This document shows positions 39,601-51,940 of a stretch of 64,000 bases of DNA, piece by piece (the stretch's first letter is position 1; the number at the start of each line of letters is the position of its first letter). The notes beneath the pieces are model-generated. The model saw nothing but the letters and a program-made list of their open reading frames with translations. It was not told where the DNA came from and did no database searches. The DNA comes from Scyliorhinus canicula (taxonomy: Eukaryota): assembly GCF_902713615.1 (NCBI RefSeq), contig NC_052171.1:806001-870000 (forward strand), read 5' to 3'. Position numbers and translations under genes: made by a program.

Positions 39601-42600
39601 TATTAAGTTCCTCAGCTATTTCCTTGTCTCCCATCACTAGATTACCAGCGTCATTTTGGAGCGGCCCAATGTCTACTTTTGCCTCCCGTTTGTTTTTAAT
39701 GTATTTAAAGAAACTTTTACTATCATTCCTAATGTTACTGGCTAGCCTACCTTCATATTTGATCCTCTCCTTCCTTATTTCTCTCTTTGTTATCCTCTGT
39801 TTGTTTTTGTAGCCTTCCCAATCTTCTGACTTCCCACTACTCTTTGCCACATTATAGGCTCTCTCTTTTGCCTTGATGCATTCCCTGACTTCCTTTGTCA
39901 GCCATGGCTGCCTAATCCTCCCTCTGATAACCTTTCTTTTCTTTGGGATGAACCTCTGCACTGTGTCCTCAATTACTCCAAGAAACTCCCGCCATTGCTG
40001 TTCTACTGTCTATATGGTCTATAGAAGAGCGGTTTACACTCCGCGCAGATCGAGCAATTCCTGGTGACGGCTTTAACCTCTTCCGTGAAGAAGGGCAGGT
40101 TGCGGGCCTAGATGTAATGGGCAAGCCGGGTGACCCCCGGATAGCAGAGGTCATCGCGGATCGCCTGAAGACGGTTGTCTTGCGCGCTGGCGCATGTGCT
40201 GCGGGACAGGGCATCTGGGGGCTCATTGAGCTTCCCAGGATGATATACGATATCGTAATTGTAGGTGGAGAGTTCAATCCTCCACCGCAAGATTTTGTCA
40301 TTCTTGATTTTGCCCCGCTGCGAGTTGTCAAACATAAAGGCAACCGATCTCTGGTCGGTGATGAGGGTAAACCTCCTACCTGCGAGGTAGTGCCTCCAGT
40401 GCTGTAAGGCTTCCACAATGGCTTGGGCTTCATTTTCGACTGAGGAGTGTCGAAGTTCCGAAGCGGAGAGGGTTCGGGAAAAGAACGCTACTGGCTTGCC
40501 TGCCTGGTTCAGAGTGGCAGCGAGAGCGACTTCTGAGGCGTCGCTCTCCACCTGGAATGGGACGGACTCATCTACCGCCCGCATGGCAGCTTTGGCGATG
40601 TCCACCTTAATGCAGTTGAAGGCCTGGCAAGCCTCTGCTGACAATGGGAAGTGTGGGCGGGCTTTATCCGCATACTGGGGGATCCACCGGGCGTAGTATG
40701 AAAAAAAACCCGAGGCACCTCTTGAGGACCCTGGAACAGTGAGGGAGAGGGAGTTGTAAGAGGGGGCACATACGGGCAGGGTTGGGTCCTAGGACTCCGT
40801 TTTCCACGACGTAGCCGACGATGGCTAGCTGGTAGTGCGGAAAACGCATTTCTCCTTATTATAGGTGAGATTGAGTTTTTGGGCAGTTTGGAGAAATCGG
40901 TGGAGGTTGGCGTCGTGGTCCTGCTGGTCATGGCTGCAGATGGTGACATTATCCAAGTACAGAAAAGTGGCCCCCAGCCCGTACTGGTCCACCATTCGGT
41001 CCATTGCTCATTGGAACACCGAGACCCTGTTTGTGACACCAAAGGGAACCCGGAGGAAATGGAAAAGGCGGCCGTCTGCCTCGAACGCCGTGTAGTGGCG
41101 GTCCTCCGGGCGGATTGGGAGCTGGTGATATGCAGACTTCAGATCCACTGTGGAGAATATACGGTACTGGGCGATCTGATTTACTATGTCTGCAATCCGG
41201 GGGAGGGGGTACGCATCGAGGTGCGTGAACCGGTTAATGGTCTGGCTGTAATCAACCACCATCCGGAGCTTTTCCTAGGTTTTGACGACCACCACCAGAG
41301 CTCTCCAGGGGCTATTACTGGCCTCTATGACTCCTTCACGCAAAAGACGCCAGACTTCGGACCTGATTAAAAACCCTGTCCTGCAGGCTGTACCTCCTGG
41401 AGAGTGGCCACTGGTTAGCGAAGAGTGGAGGGGGGTCAATTTTCAGAGTTGCTAGACTACAAATAGTGAGTGGGGGAAGGGGCCCGTCAAAGCTGAGTGA
41501 TAGGCTCCTGAGGTTGTACTGGAAATCCAGTCCTAGGAGGAGGGGGGCGCAGAGGTCTGGGAGCACATACAATTGGAAATTGGTGTAGTCGGCGCCCTGT
41601 ATTGTCAGAGTCGCAGTACTGTGCCCCTGTATTTGGACTGAGTGCGACCCCGAGCCGAGGGAGATTATTTGCTGTGTCGGGAACATCGGGAGCGAGCAGC
41701 GCCTTACCAGTTCTGGGTGAACGAAGCTCTCAGTACTTCCGGAGTCGAACAGGCACGGTGTCTCGTATCCGTTGATCTTGACGGACATCATGGAGCTCTT
41801 GAGGTGCTTTGGCCGCGACTGATCCAAAGTGGCTGCACTGAGCTGCGGGTAGTCGGTGGCGTGGTCGGCGGTGCTGGAACGGCCCCGTGATGACTGTCCG
41901 CGGAGGTCGTAATCTTCGAGTGACGTAACGGGTGATGGCCCAGATGGCGGCCCCCGTTGATCGCACGTGGCGGGCAGCGAGGAAGATGGCGCCCAAGATG
42001 GCGGCCCCCATGAATCGCGCATGGCCGGCCGCGTGGGGGAGGATTGCCAAGATGGCGGCCCCCGGGAGTCGCACATGTTGTGCGGAGGTGGAGTCGGCAG
42101 TCACGCTGCCACATTACGGGGTCTGCGGGCCTGGGAGTCGGAGGAGCGAGTGTTCGGGTTAGGGTTCGAGTTTTTAGATTTGGCCAGGCAGACCTTCGCA
42201 AAGTGCCCTTTTCTCCCGCAGCTGCTGCAAGTCGCATTTCGGGCTGGGCATTGCTGCCGGGCGTGTTGGTGCTGGCCGCAAAAATGGCACGATAGCCCTC
42301 CGAGGTGGGCGGGTGGCCGCGCGGCACAGGCCTGGGGCAGTCTTTGGTCGGGGGGTCCACGACGGGGTCGCGTGATCGGCCGGGAACGCAGTTAGGCTTT
42401 GGAAAGCAACAACCGTGTCCTCCAGGTCCTGGGCCCCTTTCTCGAGAAGATGCTGCCGCACATAATTAGATCGGACCCCTGCAACATACACTTCTCAGAC
42501 GGCGAGTTCCATGTGCTGGGAGGCTGTCACGGCCTGGAAGTTAAAGTCGCGTACTCGGGCTTTAAGGTCGCGCAGACAGTCTTCTAGCGATTCCCCAGGG

Positions 42601-43192
42601 CGTTAGTGGCGTGTTGTAAAGATGTGTCACGTGTAGACTTCATTCACGGGCCGCACGTACAGGCGGTCGAGTATCGTATAAGAGTCAGTATAAGAGTCAG
42701 TTACATCAAGTTGAGTAGAAATACGATGGCTCACCCGTGCGTGGAGGAGACTGAGTTTCTGTTCTTCTGTAACAGAGGAAGTAGTCGACGCAGCCAGGTA
42801 GGCCTTGAAGCACCGAATCCAATGCAAAAGAATTTCCTTTGCTTCTGCGGCCTGTGGATCGAGTTCCAGTCGGTCAGGTTTGAGGGCTGATTCCATAGTA
42901 GTTTTTAAGTCGATTAAATTGATGCAACCATCAATTCATTCAGAGACACAAGTTGAAGTAAACTGTGGCTTTAATCGGCTTACAACTGAGCCTGCCTGCG
43001 ACTATGCTGAACTGAAGGCGGACTCGCAGGACCGCAGCACTTATACTTCCTGAAGGGGAGGAGCCGAGGGCGGAGCCCTGTACATGCTCCTCATCTCCCC
43101 CTGTGGGCAGAGCCGTGCAACGGCTCACAGATGGAGCCCACAGGGGCACAGTAATGTACAGTGTGAATTATACATATTATACATTCACCACA
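36611..43192 (-). mobile_element. Gypsy (Mag-like) LTR retrotransposon, near full-length, decayed
   Basis: LTRs 36611-36884 and 42920-43192; perfect 5-bp TSD caggc; purine-rich tract aacagggggtgaa; gag with CCHC, protease FDSGS, RT (DLKSAYHQ..PFG), RNase H (ESDAS..TDQRS), integrase (VHSDRG..NGQVER) in Gypsy order. Confidence 0.95.
37895..40011 (-). mobile_element. Young 5'-truncated CR1 LINE inserted in the Gypsy integrase
   Basis: Open 471-aa RT ORF (37974-39389) plus a 189-aa upstream frame separated by one frameshift; splits the integrase between FYRP and KAHLVKA. Confidence 0.95.
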
Positions 43193-44970
43193 CAGGCAAA
43201 GTATCGTCGTCGGACTCAGGAGTTTTTCGAGCCTCGCTGGTAGAGAAAATGGCAGAGGCTCCTGCTGGAACTTTGAACTATCCATGGACAGCCAAGATGC
43301 TGGCAGACATCTTGGTGGAGGAATTCAAGAGGTAGCAGCAGGTGGACTCTGAGGATCTTCGTTCGTGTGGCAATGGAAAAGACGGTTCGGAAGTTAAACG
43401 AGCAAGGCTTGGTGATGCAAGGGGTGGAGGTGGCATTCTTGAACCACCTGGATTATTTATCTGGAAGCAGAGAAGGCGGTGCTGACTGACACGCAGAAGG
43501 CGGTGAAGGAAGTTCCAGATGGGGCAATTTGAGAGTAGTTCGGCATCAGAGGATCTGGAAGGACAAAATCCGTCAGACTATATGTTCAGGATGTTTAGGA
43601 AGTTGGTGGGAATTGGATCGGGCCCATCGGTCACTCAGGCAGACGCCCCGATCTGGAGAACCACCACGGGCTATCATTGTCAGGTTCCACAGTTACCAAC
43701 AGAAGGAACAGGTCCTGAGTAGGTGAAAGACCATAGAGACTATGGATAAGAGGGATATGCCATCAGGATATATCAAAATGTGGAAGCAGAACTGACTAGG
43801 TGTGCAGCGTTCAACAAGGCCGTGTTGTATAGAAGTAATGTGCGATTCAGGGTGGTCTACCCTGCACATCTTCAAATGATTTTCAAAGAGAGAGGCTATT
43901 ATTTTGAGGCGCTGGATGATGCGGCCAAGTTCGTAAAGAAGCATGGGCAGGATGTGAATCAATTGTTAACTGGTAGACGCATTTGTATCTGTATTTAGTG
44001 TGATTTTTTGTATTGTGGATGAGGGCATGTGATTATGGGGATTTCCTCGGAGGGTGGTTCTGGGCATGTTTGGTGTTTGTATTTTGTATTTTTGGAGTTG
44101 TTTGATGGATGGGTGTTGGTTTTCTTTTCCCTTCTGTCTTTTTGTATTAAATTTGGATGTGGGCAGGGGCTGGTTGTCAGTATGATTATTTTCCTGGGTT
44201 TACTCTGAGCGGGGGTCACCCTGCTAGCTGTAAAGTTAGTTCATAGGAGCGGAAGAGTTGGGGTAACTACTGCTCATTACTTTAGTTTTTTTTAAATTAA
44301 TGAGTGTAGAATTTTTGTTCTTATTTTGTTTGGGGTTGGGTGTGGGGGTGGAGGATAGGAGTCTATATTCTCCTTTTGGCTGTTTGTTTGTTTATTGGGA
44401 TATGGTAGTGCTGGGTGGCAGAGTGGAGGGAAGGAGTAAACCATGGATGGTGACTGATTCTTTGTCTTTGTTCTGGTTTTATGGCCGGTTTGGTGGCCAT
44501 CTTGGGTGGGCCTGGTATCCGCCACTCGTTGAGTTTCGGCTGGGTAACCCCACGTGATGGGAATGGCTGATAGGGTGGCTGACTGGGTTGGTGGCGGAGT
44601 CGGGGTGGGGGTGGGGGGAATGGTGGAAGGCCCCTGTCTGGCTGATAACTTGCAATGTAAGAGGGGTTGAATGGCCTAGTTTTCACACCTCAAGGCTGAT
44701 GAAGGTCCTACAGGGGACCCATTGTGGATCAAGGACCAAACATGGGTATGGAAGGGTTGAATGGGACATGTATATCATTTGGGTTTCAATGGTACGGCTT
44801 GGGGGGCTGCAGTGTTGATCAACAAGATCAGCTGAGAAAATATGGGTGGGCCCAGGTGGGAGTATGTAATTGTCAGCAGACAGTGGGTCGCTGGCAGGAG
44901 GTCGGTGGTCCTAGTTAATTTGTGTGCACTGAATTGAGATAATATGGCATTTATCAAGGTCAAGTCCTAA

Positions 44971-45705
44971 GGGCGAGATTCTCCGCACTCCCGACGGTGC
45001 GGAGAATAGCGTGGCTCGTAAAATTTTACGGCCACGCTGTTCCAACGCCCTCCCGCTATTCTCCCCCCCCCCCCCCCACGCCCAACTCTCGACACAAATC
45101 GCTGCCGCCGTTTTTTTACGGCAGCGATTCACAGCTGATAGATGGGCCGAGTTCCCAGCCCTTTACGGCTGTTTTTACGAACGGCAAACACACCTGGTCT
45201 GGCCGTTCGTAAACACGGCCGTAAACACTCGCATTTTATAACCATGGCACCGATTGGCACGGCAGTACCACGGCCGTGCCAAGGGTGCCATGGGCCCGCG
45301 ATCGGTGGGCACCGATCGCGGGCAGTGGGCCCGATGCCCGCGCACTATTTCTGCTTCCGTCGCCCCGCAGTATCCATTCGCGGGGCGGCTGAGGGGCATC
45401 CCGGCCCGCGCATGCGCGGGTTTCACGCAAATGCGCGATGACGTCATCCGCGCATGCGCGGGTTGGAGTCTTCCAATCCGCGCATGCGCGGCTGACGTCA
45501 TATGACGCGTCAGCCGGCGCTAACTCCGGCAAGCGGGCTTAACGAAATTCGTTAAGCCCGTGATGCCGGAGCTTACGGCGTCGGGCTGCTAGCCCCGACC
45601 GGGGACCAGAATTGGTTCCCGGTCGGGAAGGGGGGGGCTGGCGTCAAACCCGCCCGGGTTTGACGCCAGCCTTACGATTTCTCCCGTTTTGGGAGAATCG
45701 CGCCC
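44971..45705. mobile_element. PIF/Harbinger MITE, 735 bp, multi-hairpin
   Basis: TIRs gggcgagattctcc / ggagaatcgcgccc; TAA TSD on both sides (44968-44970, 45706-45708). Confidence 0.92.
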
Positions 45706-46572
45706 TAAGTCTCTGAGTCCATCAGGGTGAAGGTGAAATTGGTCTTTATGGAACAGATGGGGAGGCAGGCCCATGGAGATTTAGGTAAGGGATAGGGAGG
45801 CTTTTTTCTTACGTCCATTATGTCTACTCCCAGAGTGACATCTTGGTGGTGGGTAGGTCTCATCTTCCTGGAGAGTGAAGGGGTTGGGGTGCACAGCGAT
45901 CGTTATTTTGGATCATGCTCCGTATTTTGTAGACTTGATGCTGGAGCAAAGCCCCTCTCAATGAAATTTCCCTATGGAAATGGGACACGGCGTTTCTGGT
46001 GGACAAGGGATTCTGTGAGTGTATATCTTCTACCATTGGGAAGTACGTTGAATTCAATTGGATCAAGGCGTTTTCGCCTCCCACTCTGTGGGAAGCTCTG
46101 AAGGCGGTCGTTAGCTGGGGGTGTGGGGAGGGAGGGGGGGGGGGGGAATCTCCTATAAGGAGTAAAAAGATAAATGTGGAGAGGCAGTAGCTGGTGGATT
46201 CCATCCTCGAGGTGGACCAACACCGGAGCTGTAGGTGGGTAGGAAGAAACTGCAGGCAGAATTTGAGCTGCTCCCGACCGACAATGCGGTGAACCAGCTG
46301 CGACGCACAAGGGGGGCCTTTTACAAACATGGGGAGAAGATCAGTCATCTTTTGGCACACCAACTGAGGTGGCAGGCTGCCGCCCGGCAGATATTGCAGA
46401 TAAGGGATTCGGGTGGTGGGTTGGTTTCCACCCTCGGGAAGGTTAATGTGGCGTTTGAGGCTTTTTAGCAAGAGAGCTACACGAGTCAGAGCATCCATAG
46501 GAGAGGTTGCCATTGAGGCAGTTTTTGGACGGGTTGTCTTTCCCAGGGGTGGAGCAGGGGAGAAGGGAAATA

Positions 46573-46795
46573 CAAATACAACACACAAATTGTTACACCA
46601 AAGAGCAAATTCCCCCGATATGTGGCAGACCCTGATATGACAAATCCTAGGTCCAGACTGGAGCCCACAGAAAAGATCATCAGTAAGAATAGTATTTACA
46701 TCACAGCTTGGGGGTTTAAAGCCTCTGAAACTTTCATAAACCCTACATTTTATGTGAATTTGTTATTTGGTTCAACAATTTGTGTGTTGTATTTG
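46573..46795. repeat. Inverted repeat, ~40-bp arms with a 22-bp perfect core
   Basis: caaatacaacacacaaattgtt (46573-46594) versus aacaatttgtgtgttgtatttg (46774-46795). Confidence 0.8.
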
Positions 46796-46799
46796 ATCT

Positions 46800-47700
46800 T
46801 TGCTCAAAGGCTTTTAATTTGTATAATTGTCAACGGTTTTGTTTGGTATTTTTGCCTTGAGTGCAGCAGACATTGCATCTTGTTTTGCCTCTGCAAGGAT
46901 CAGAGAAATCACCTGCATTGGTTGTTCCACCAAGAAACGTGGAGAAAAGGGAGGGGGAAGAAGTGCAACTATATTTAAGTTACATCCTGTTTGATCATTG
47001 AAGGTTCTCAGGTCTAAGTTTATGTTTCCCCAGGTCTGTTCCTGCGGGGAATGTTCTACAATGGGACAGCAGTTTGTTAGTTCCGTTTTTCAATCTCTCA
47101 TTGTGCCAGTTGGAAATCAAAGAATGGAGAAATATTTTGTCAGAAACTGATTTCACTGCATCACTCTTCAAATCTGGGGTGACAGGAACATGGCAAGGTT
47201 TACCTTTTCTCCAAAGATTTTCACCAGGATTCAGAATAAAGAGTTCCGAAGAGAACAACCCATTTCTAAACCGTTTTTGTTTTGGAACAGACGTTGCTGC
47301 AGTTTTCAGTGGAATTAACCTCTTGACAAAAATCAGTCTTCAATCTTTAGTCTGTGATATATGGTGTAAAAGTGGGTTTTCCACCAGTTTACTGAGCTCT
47401 GGAACATATAATGAGTAAGCTGTATTATTTCTAGTTTATAATTCCAAGAGTTTATTGTTCCCTGATGATGCGTTGCGCAAAGCATCAAGATTCAGTTTGT
47501 AGGAAGTATACTTGCTGTCAGGAAAGGAAACTTTTGCAGAAAGCATGAGTAAAGAGAACAGGGAAGGAACAAACATTGTGGCAATATGAGTTCCAAGGTT
47601 TTAAGATTCTGGAAAACAACTGATTATTAAACATTACAAGAAGTCTCTCATTATTCAATCATTCATGAAATGTCTAATCATCTTGACTTGGTTTTCGAGA
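46800..47700 (-). pseudogene. Putative decayed coding segment of an unidentified gene (other pieces at ~35615-36430, 54549-54831 and ~59900-60320)
   Basis: One minus-strand frame runs about 170 codons with only two internal stops (FPDSKYTSYKLNLDALRNAS...RPENLQ); no TE motifs recognised; long antisense shadow ORFs on the plus strand. Confidence 0.35.
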
Positions 47701-47741
47701 ATGCCTTTTACAGCTACAGGGTGTGCCAGTGTGTTTCACAG

Positions 47742-48580
47742 CAGTGTTTTGGAAACTTTTTTTCCGGGGACCCATTTTTACCAACCTTCAGGACCCACAC
47801 CGGCTGACCCTTGCAACTCATGGCAGCCAAACTTTGCAACCAATGCCAGCGTACCTTCGCGACCCATACTGGCTGACCTTCGCAACCCACGTCGGTTGAC
47901 CTTTGTGACCCATGCCGACCGAATTTCATGACCCACGCCACCCGAACTTTGTGACCCACCATTTTCGCTTACCTTCAATGCAACAGGTGAGCCTCGCGAT
48001 CTCACTTGCTTTGTCATTCAATGTTACATTTCTGCATGGATTGTTCATCAGAGGTCCTGGAGCTCACACCACCATTGCTTTGCCCTGCTGTGGATTCTCC
48101 TGGGCCACTCTCTCCAGCAGGTTCAGATGTGAGATCCTGGCCTGTTTGTATCTCTGGACCTCTCTTCTTTATTACAAATGGATCCATTTTAAATTCTTCA
48201 CTCCCGTTGCTTGCTTACTGTTAACAAATTGGAGGAATCTGAATTGCGCCCAGAGCACGTGACATCAGTGTTCGGGGGTGTGTGACCTGCTCTCTGCTGT
48301 TGCTTCGACAGGAAGGCTGCATCGAATTTAAAAGAAATCTTCCCCTGTGTCAGCACGCTTTCACACTGGGTCCCGGGCCTGCGCACTGATGAGCGGTCAC
48401 ACATGCACCGCACAGCCGGCATTCTAAAAGCCCGTCGTGGTCGTCATTTTTAAAAGCCAGCTGCGGCCGTAGGGCACTGCTTCCTCCGATCGGGAATGCT
48501 GCAACGCATGGCCCTTCGAACCATTAGACACCCGCCTGTGACCCACCCACGGCTCCCGACCCCAGCTTTGAAAATGACTG
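47742..48580. mobile_element. hAT-like non-autonomous transposon with subterminal ~21-bp tandem repeats
   Basis: cagtgtttt..aaac / tttgaaaatgactg termini; repeats of gacccacgccggctgaccttcgc at ~47790-47960; 8-bp TSD degenerate (5/8). Confidence 0.6.
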
Positions 48581-50439
48581 CTTTCCAGCCACTGAAGCGC
48601 TTTTGAAATTTGGTGACTATTGGCATGCCAGCCAGTTTGTGCACACGATCTCACAAACAGTGATGTGTGTCATAATATACACACAGGTATATGATGGTGC
48701 ACAGACAGGCAGTGATTGACACACAGGATGACCAGTGAACACACAGAATACAGCAGCCAATCACCAGACAGGACACAGCCACTATAAAGCCAGCGGGCAC
48801 TAGTTTTCTCAGTCAGAGCCCGTGAGCAACAATTGGAGCGTCCACCATGTGGTAGTAGGATAGTCTGGTCAGATGGGCCTCAGGTCTCCAGTCAAGTCAG
48901 CATAGTGTCAACCCACAGTTAAAGTATGTATGATAGTTAAGAGTTCAATAAAATTGAGTTGCATTTCTTCAAGTGTTGGAAGCCTGTCTCTCTCACTACT
49001 GCAGTAAACGCAGTCCTTGCAGACCCAGCTTGCCCAACACATCATGGTACCAGTGAGTCATGCTCGAGTTTGACGGACCTACCTTGAGATAATCTGCCTT
49101 TGACCAGCGATCAGCCATCCGGTAACACGGACAGCGTCCGCCCTCCCCCACAGCTCCGCATCGCCGGCAACCTCGGTGCCAACTGGAAGATTTTCAAGCA
49201 GAAGTTCCAGCTGTATCTTGAAGCCACCGACCGCGATGCCCTATCGGATGCCAGGAAGATCGCTCTCTTCCTCTCTACAGCCGGGGACCATGCCATCCAC
49301 ATCTTTAACTCCCTCACCTTTGCGAAGGCGAGAACAAGACAAAGTTTAAAACAGTCCTGCTGAGGTTCGATAGCCACTGTGACATCGAAGTCAACGAGAG
49401 CTTTGAACGCTATGTGTTCCAGCAGAGGCTTCAGGGTAAGGATGAACCTTTTCAGTCCTTCTTAACCCATCTCCGTATCCTCGCACAGTCCTGTAACTAC
49501 GGCTCCACTTCCAACTCCATGATCCACGACCAGATCGTTTTCGGAGTCCACTCCGATCCCCTTCACCAGCAGCTCCTTGAAGTTAAGCAGCTCACCCTTA
49601 CCATCGCCATTGAGACCTGCGTCCTCCACGAGCACACTAACAACTGGTACTCCCATATCAAGGTGGCAGAGACGGCGCGGCAAGGCCCCCACGATGCGGA
49701 GCGGGTGCAGGCCATAAAACAGCTCCAGGGCCTGAGTCTGGATGAGGGCAGCCATTTTGCGCGCTTTTCCTGGGCTCCTGCACATGCGTGCCACAACCAA
49801 GGGGACGGCAATGCCAACGACCGAACTGCGCAGGTGCGCACATCGTTCGACCGCACCGCGCATGTGACGTCGCCGCCATGACGTGCAACAACTGTGGCTC
49901 CGCCCATTTAAAGCGGCAATGTCCCGCAAAATCTCGACACTGTCTCCAGTGTGGCAAGCTTGGCCACTACGCAGCCCTGTGTAGATCTGCTCAACTGCCC
50001 AACACACAGCGATCCCAGCCGCAGCGCAGGAACATCCGGTCTGGACAGCAACCTGTTACAGTCTCCAACTCCGACTTGGTTCCAGATCCCTACACTGAGG
50101 GCCTCACATCCCCATTCCAATTGGGCATCATCATCAAGCCTACGATGCTTTCAGCCAAGAAGGTGAAACAACTCCCAGTGATGAGCATTGATCCGGACGA
50201 CGAGTGGTGTGCCACCCTTACAGTCAACAAGGCTCGCATACGCTGGACAGCGGTGCTTCAGCAAACCTCATTTCAAAGTCTGATCTTGACACCATCCGCG
50301 TCAAGCCAAGCATTCTTCCACCGGCCTGCCAACTCATCGACTACAATGGCAATGCCATTGCTGCCAGTGGCTCATGCCAGCTTGCGGTATCCCATCGTTC
50401 TTCAAAAGCAACCCTGCGTTTTGAAATTGTAGGAACCAA

Positions 50440-50580
50440 CAGAGCTTCCTTGCTCGGTGTTCGGGCCTGACAGAGCTTCCTTGCTCGGGCCTGACAGAGC
50501 TTCCCTGCTCGGGCCTGACAGAGCTTCCCTGCTCGGTGCTCGGGCCTGACAGAGCTTCCCTGCTCGATGCTCAGGCCTGC
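50440..50580 (+). repeat. Tandem repeat, five 24-31-bp units, inside Gypsy pol
   Basis: Unit cagagcttcc(c/t)tgctcg(gtgctcg)ggcctga. Confidence 0.9.
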
Positions 50581-51567
50581 AAACTCCTGAACCTTGTGCA
50601 GCGGGTTCACACCATGTTGTCCGCAGAGGCAACGGCCTCGCCAGATGCTAACGTCCAAACCCAATTCGATGACATCATAGCACAATACCACAGCATCTTC
50701 GAAGGTATGGGCACACTCCCCTACTGATACAAGATACTGCTGAAGCCGAATGTTACACCTGTGGTTGATGCACCACGTCGGGTGCCGGCGCCCCTTAAGG
50801 ACCGCCTCAAGCAGCAGCTGCAAGACCTCCAGGACCAGGTCACGGAACCCACGGACTGGGTTAGCTCCATGGTTTGTGTCAAAAAACCGTCAGAGGAACT
50901 TCGCAATTGTATCGACCCCAAAGATTTGAACCGTAACATCATGAGGGAACACTACCCTATACCTAAACGAGAAGAGCTCACCAGCGAAATGGCTCTCGCC
51001 AAGTTTTTCACGAAGCTGGATGCCTCCAAGGGGTTTTGGCAAATACAGCTGGATGCGTCCAGTCGAAAGCTGTGAACATTTAACACCTCGTTCAGTCGCT
51101 ACTGTTACAACCGGACGCCCTTTGGCATCATCTCCGCCTCGGAGGTGTTCCACCGAATAATGGAGCAAATGATGGAGGGCATCGAGGGGGTGCGAGTGTA
51201 CGTCGATGATATTATCTGGTCCACGACTCCTCAGGCGCACATCGATCGCCTCAAGTGAGTGTTCCACAGGATCCACGAGCATGGCCTCAGACTCAATAGA
51301 GCCAAATGCTCGTTCGGTCAAGCAGAATTCGTCACTCGCCACAGAGACTGAATTTATAGACTGAATGTTTCATTGCCTTGTGCTTCGTTTACACATCTGT
51401 ACATATTGTTTCTTCCTCATTTGTTGTATGCAATCTAACTGCACTTGACACCTTCCCATGTAAATACATTCACATACTTTGTACATAGTCAGGCTCATAC
51501 ACACATTCACTATTTATTGACATATACACATTTTTCCTTGGTTCCTAATAGTTAAGAGTTCAATAAA

Positions 51568-51940
51568 TTCCCGTGGAAAGAGAGGGGGCGGGGCCGGATG
51601 CTGGGAGGCGGTATTGGACTGGAGTCCACATTGGTTTGCAGGGGGTGTGGAGGGGGGGACTTGGGTTTTAGGAGGGAATTCTGCGGCGATCAGTGGTAGA
51701 GGCGGGAGCGGCCGGGGTCAGCAGGAGTCAGCTGACTTACGGGAGTGCAATGGGGGGAGTAGGGGGGTCAAGCAATTGCTTGGCCGGTGGGGGGGGGGGG
51801 GTTTCTGGGTTGCTGCTGTTATGACCGAGGGGGAGCTGGAGATAATAGGGAGAGTCAGGGTGGGGAGCCTCTGCCTGGGGGGCTGGAAGGAGCGGGAGAC
51901 GTGTGCAAGTGGCTGGCCCAAAAAAGGAGATGGAGTCGGT

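Larger units (their letters stand above)
36436..46560 (+). mobile_element. Degraded L1-clade LINE (5' UTR 36436-36610; ORF1 ~43200-43970; ORF2 5' part ~44640-46560) split by a Gypsy element and a Harbinger MITE
   Basis: 5' end gttccggcggc; ORF1 ELDRAHRSL..PPRAIIVRFH; ORF2 LITCNVRG, TLWEALKAV, GEKISHLLAHQL. Confidence 0.8.

Noticed and set aside
47790-47960. CRISPR-like appearance of short repeats here and at 50440-50580
   Set aside because: The repeats are directly tandem without unique spacers, lie inside eukaryotic TEs, and there are no cas genes.
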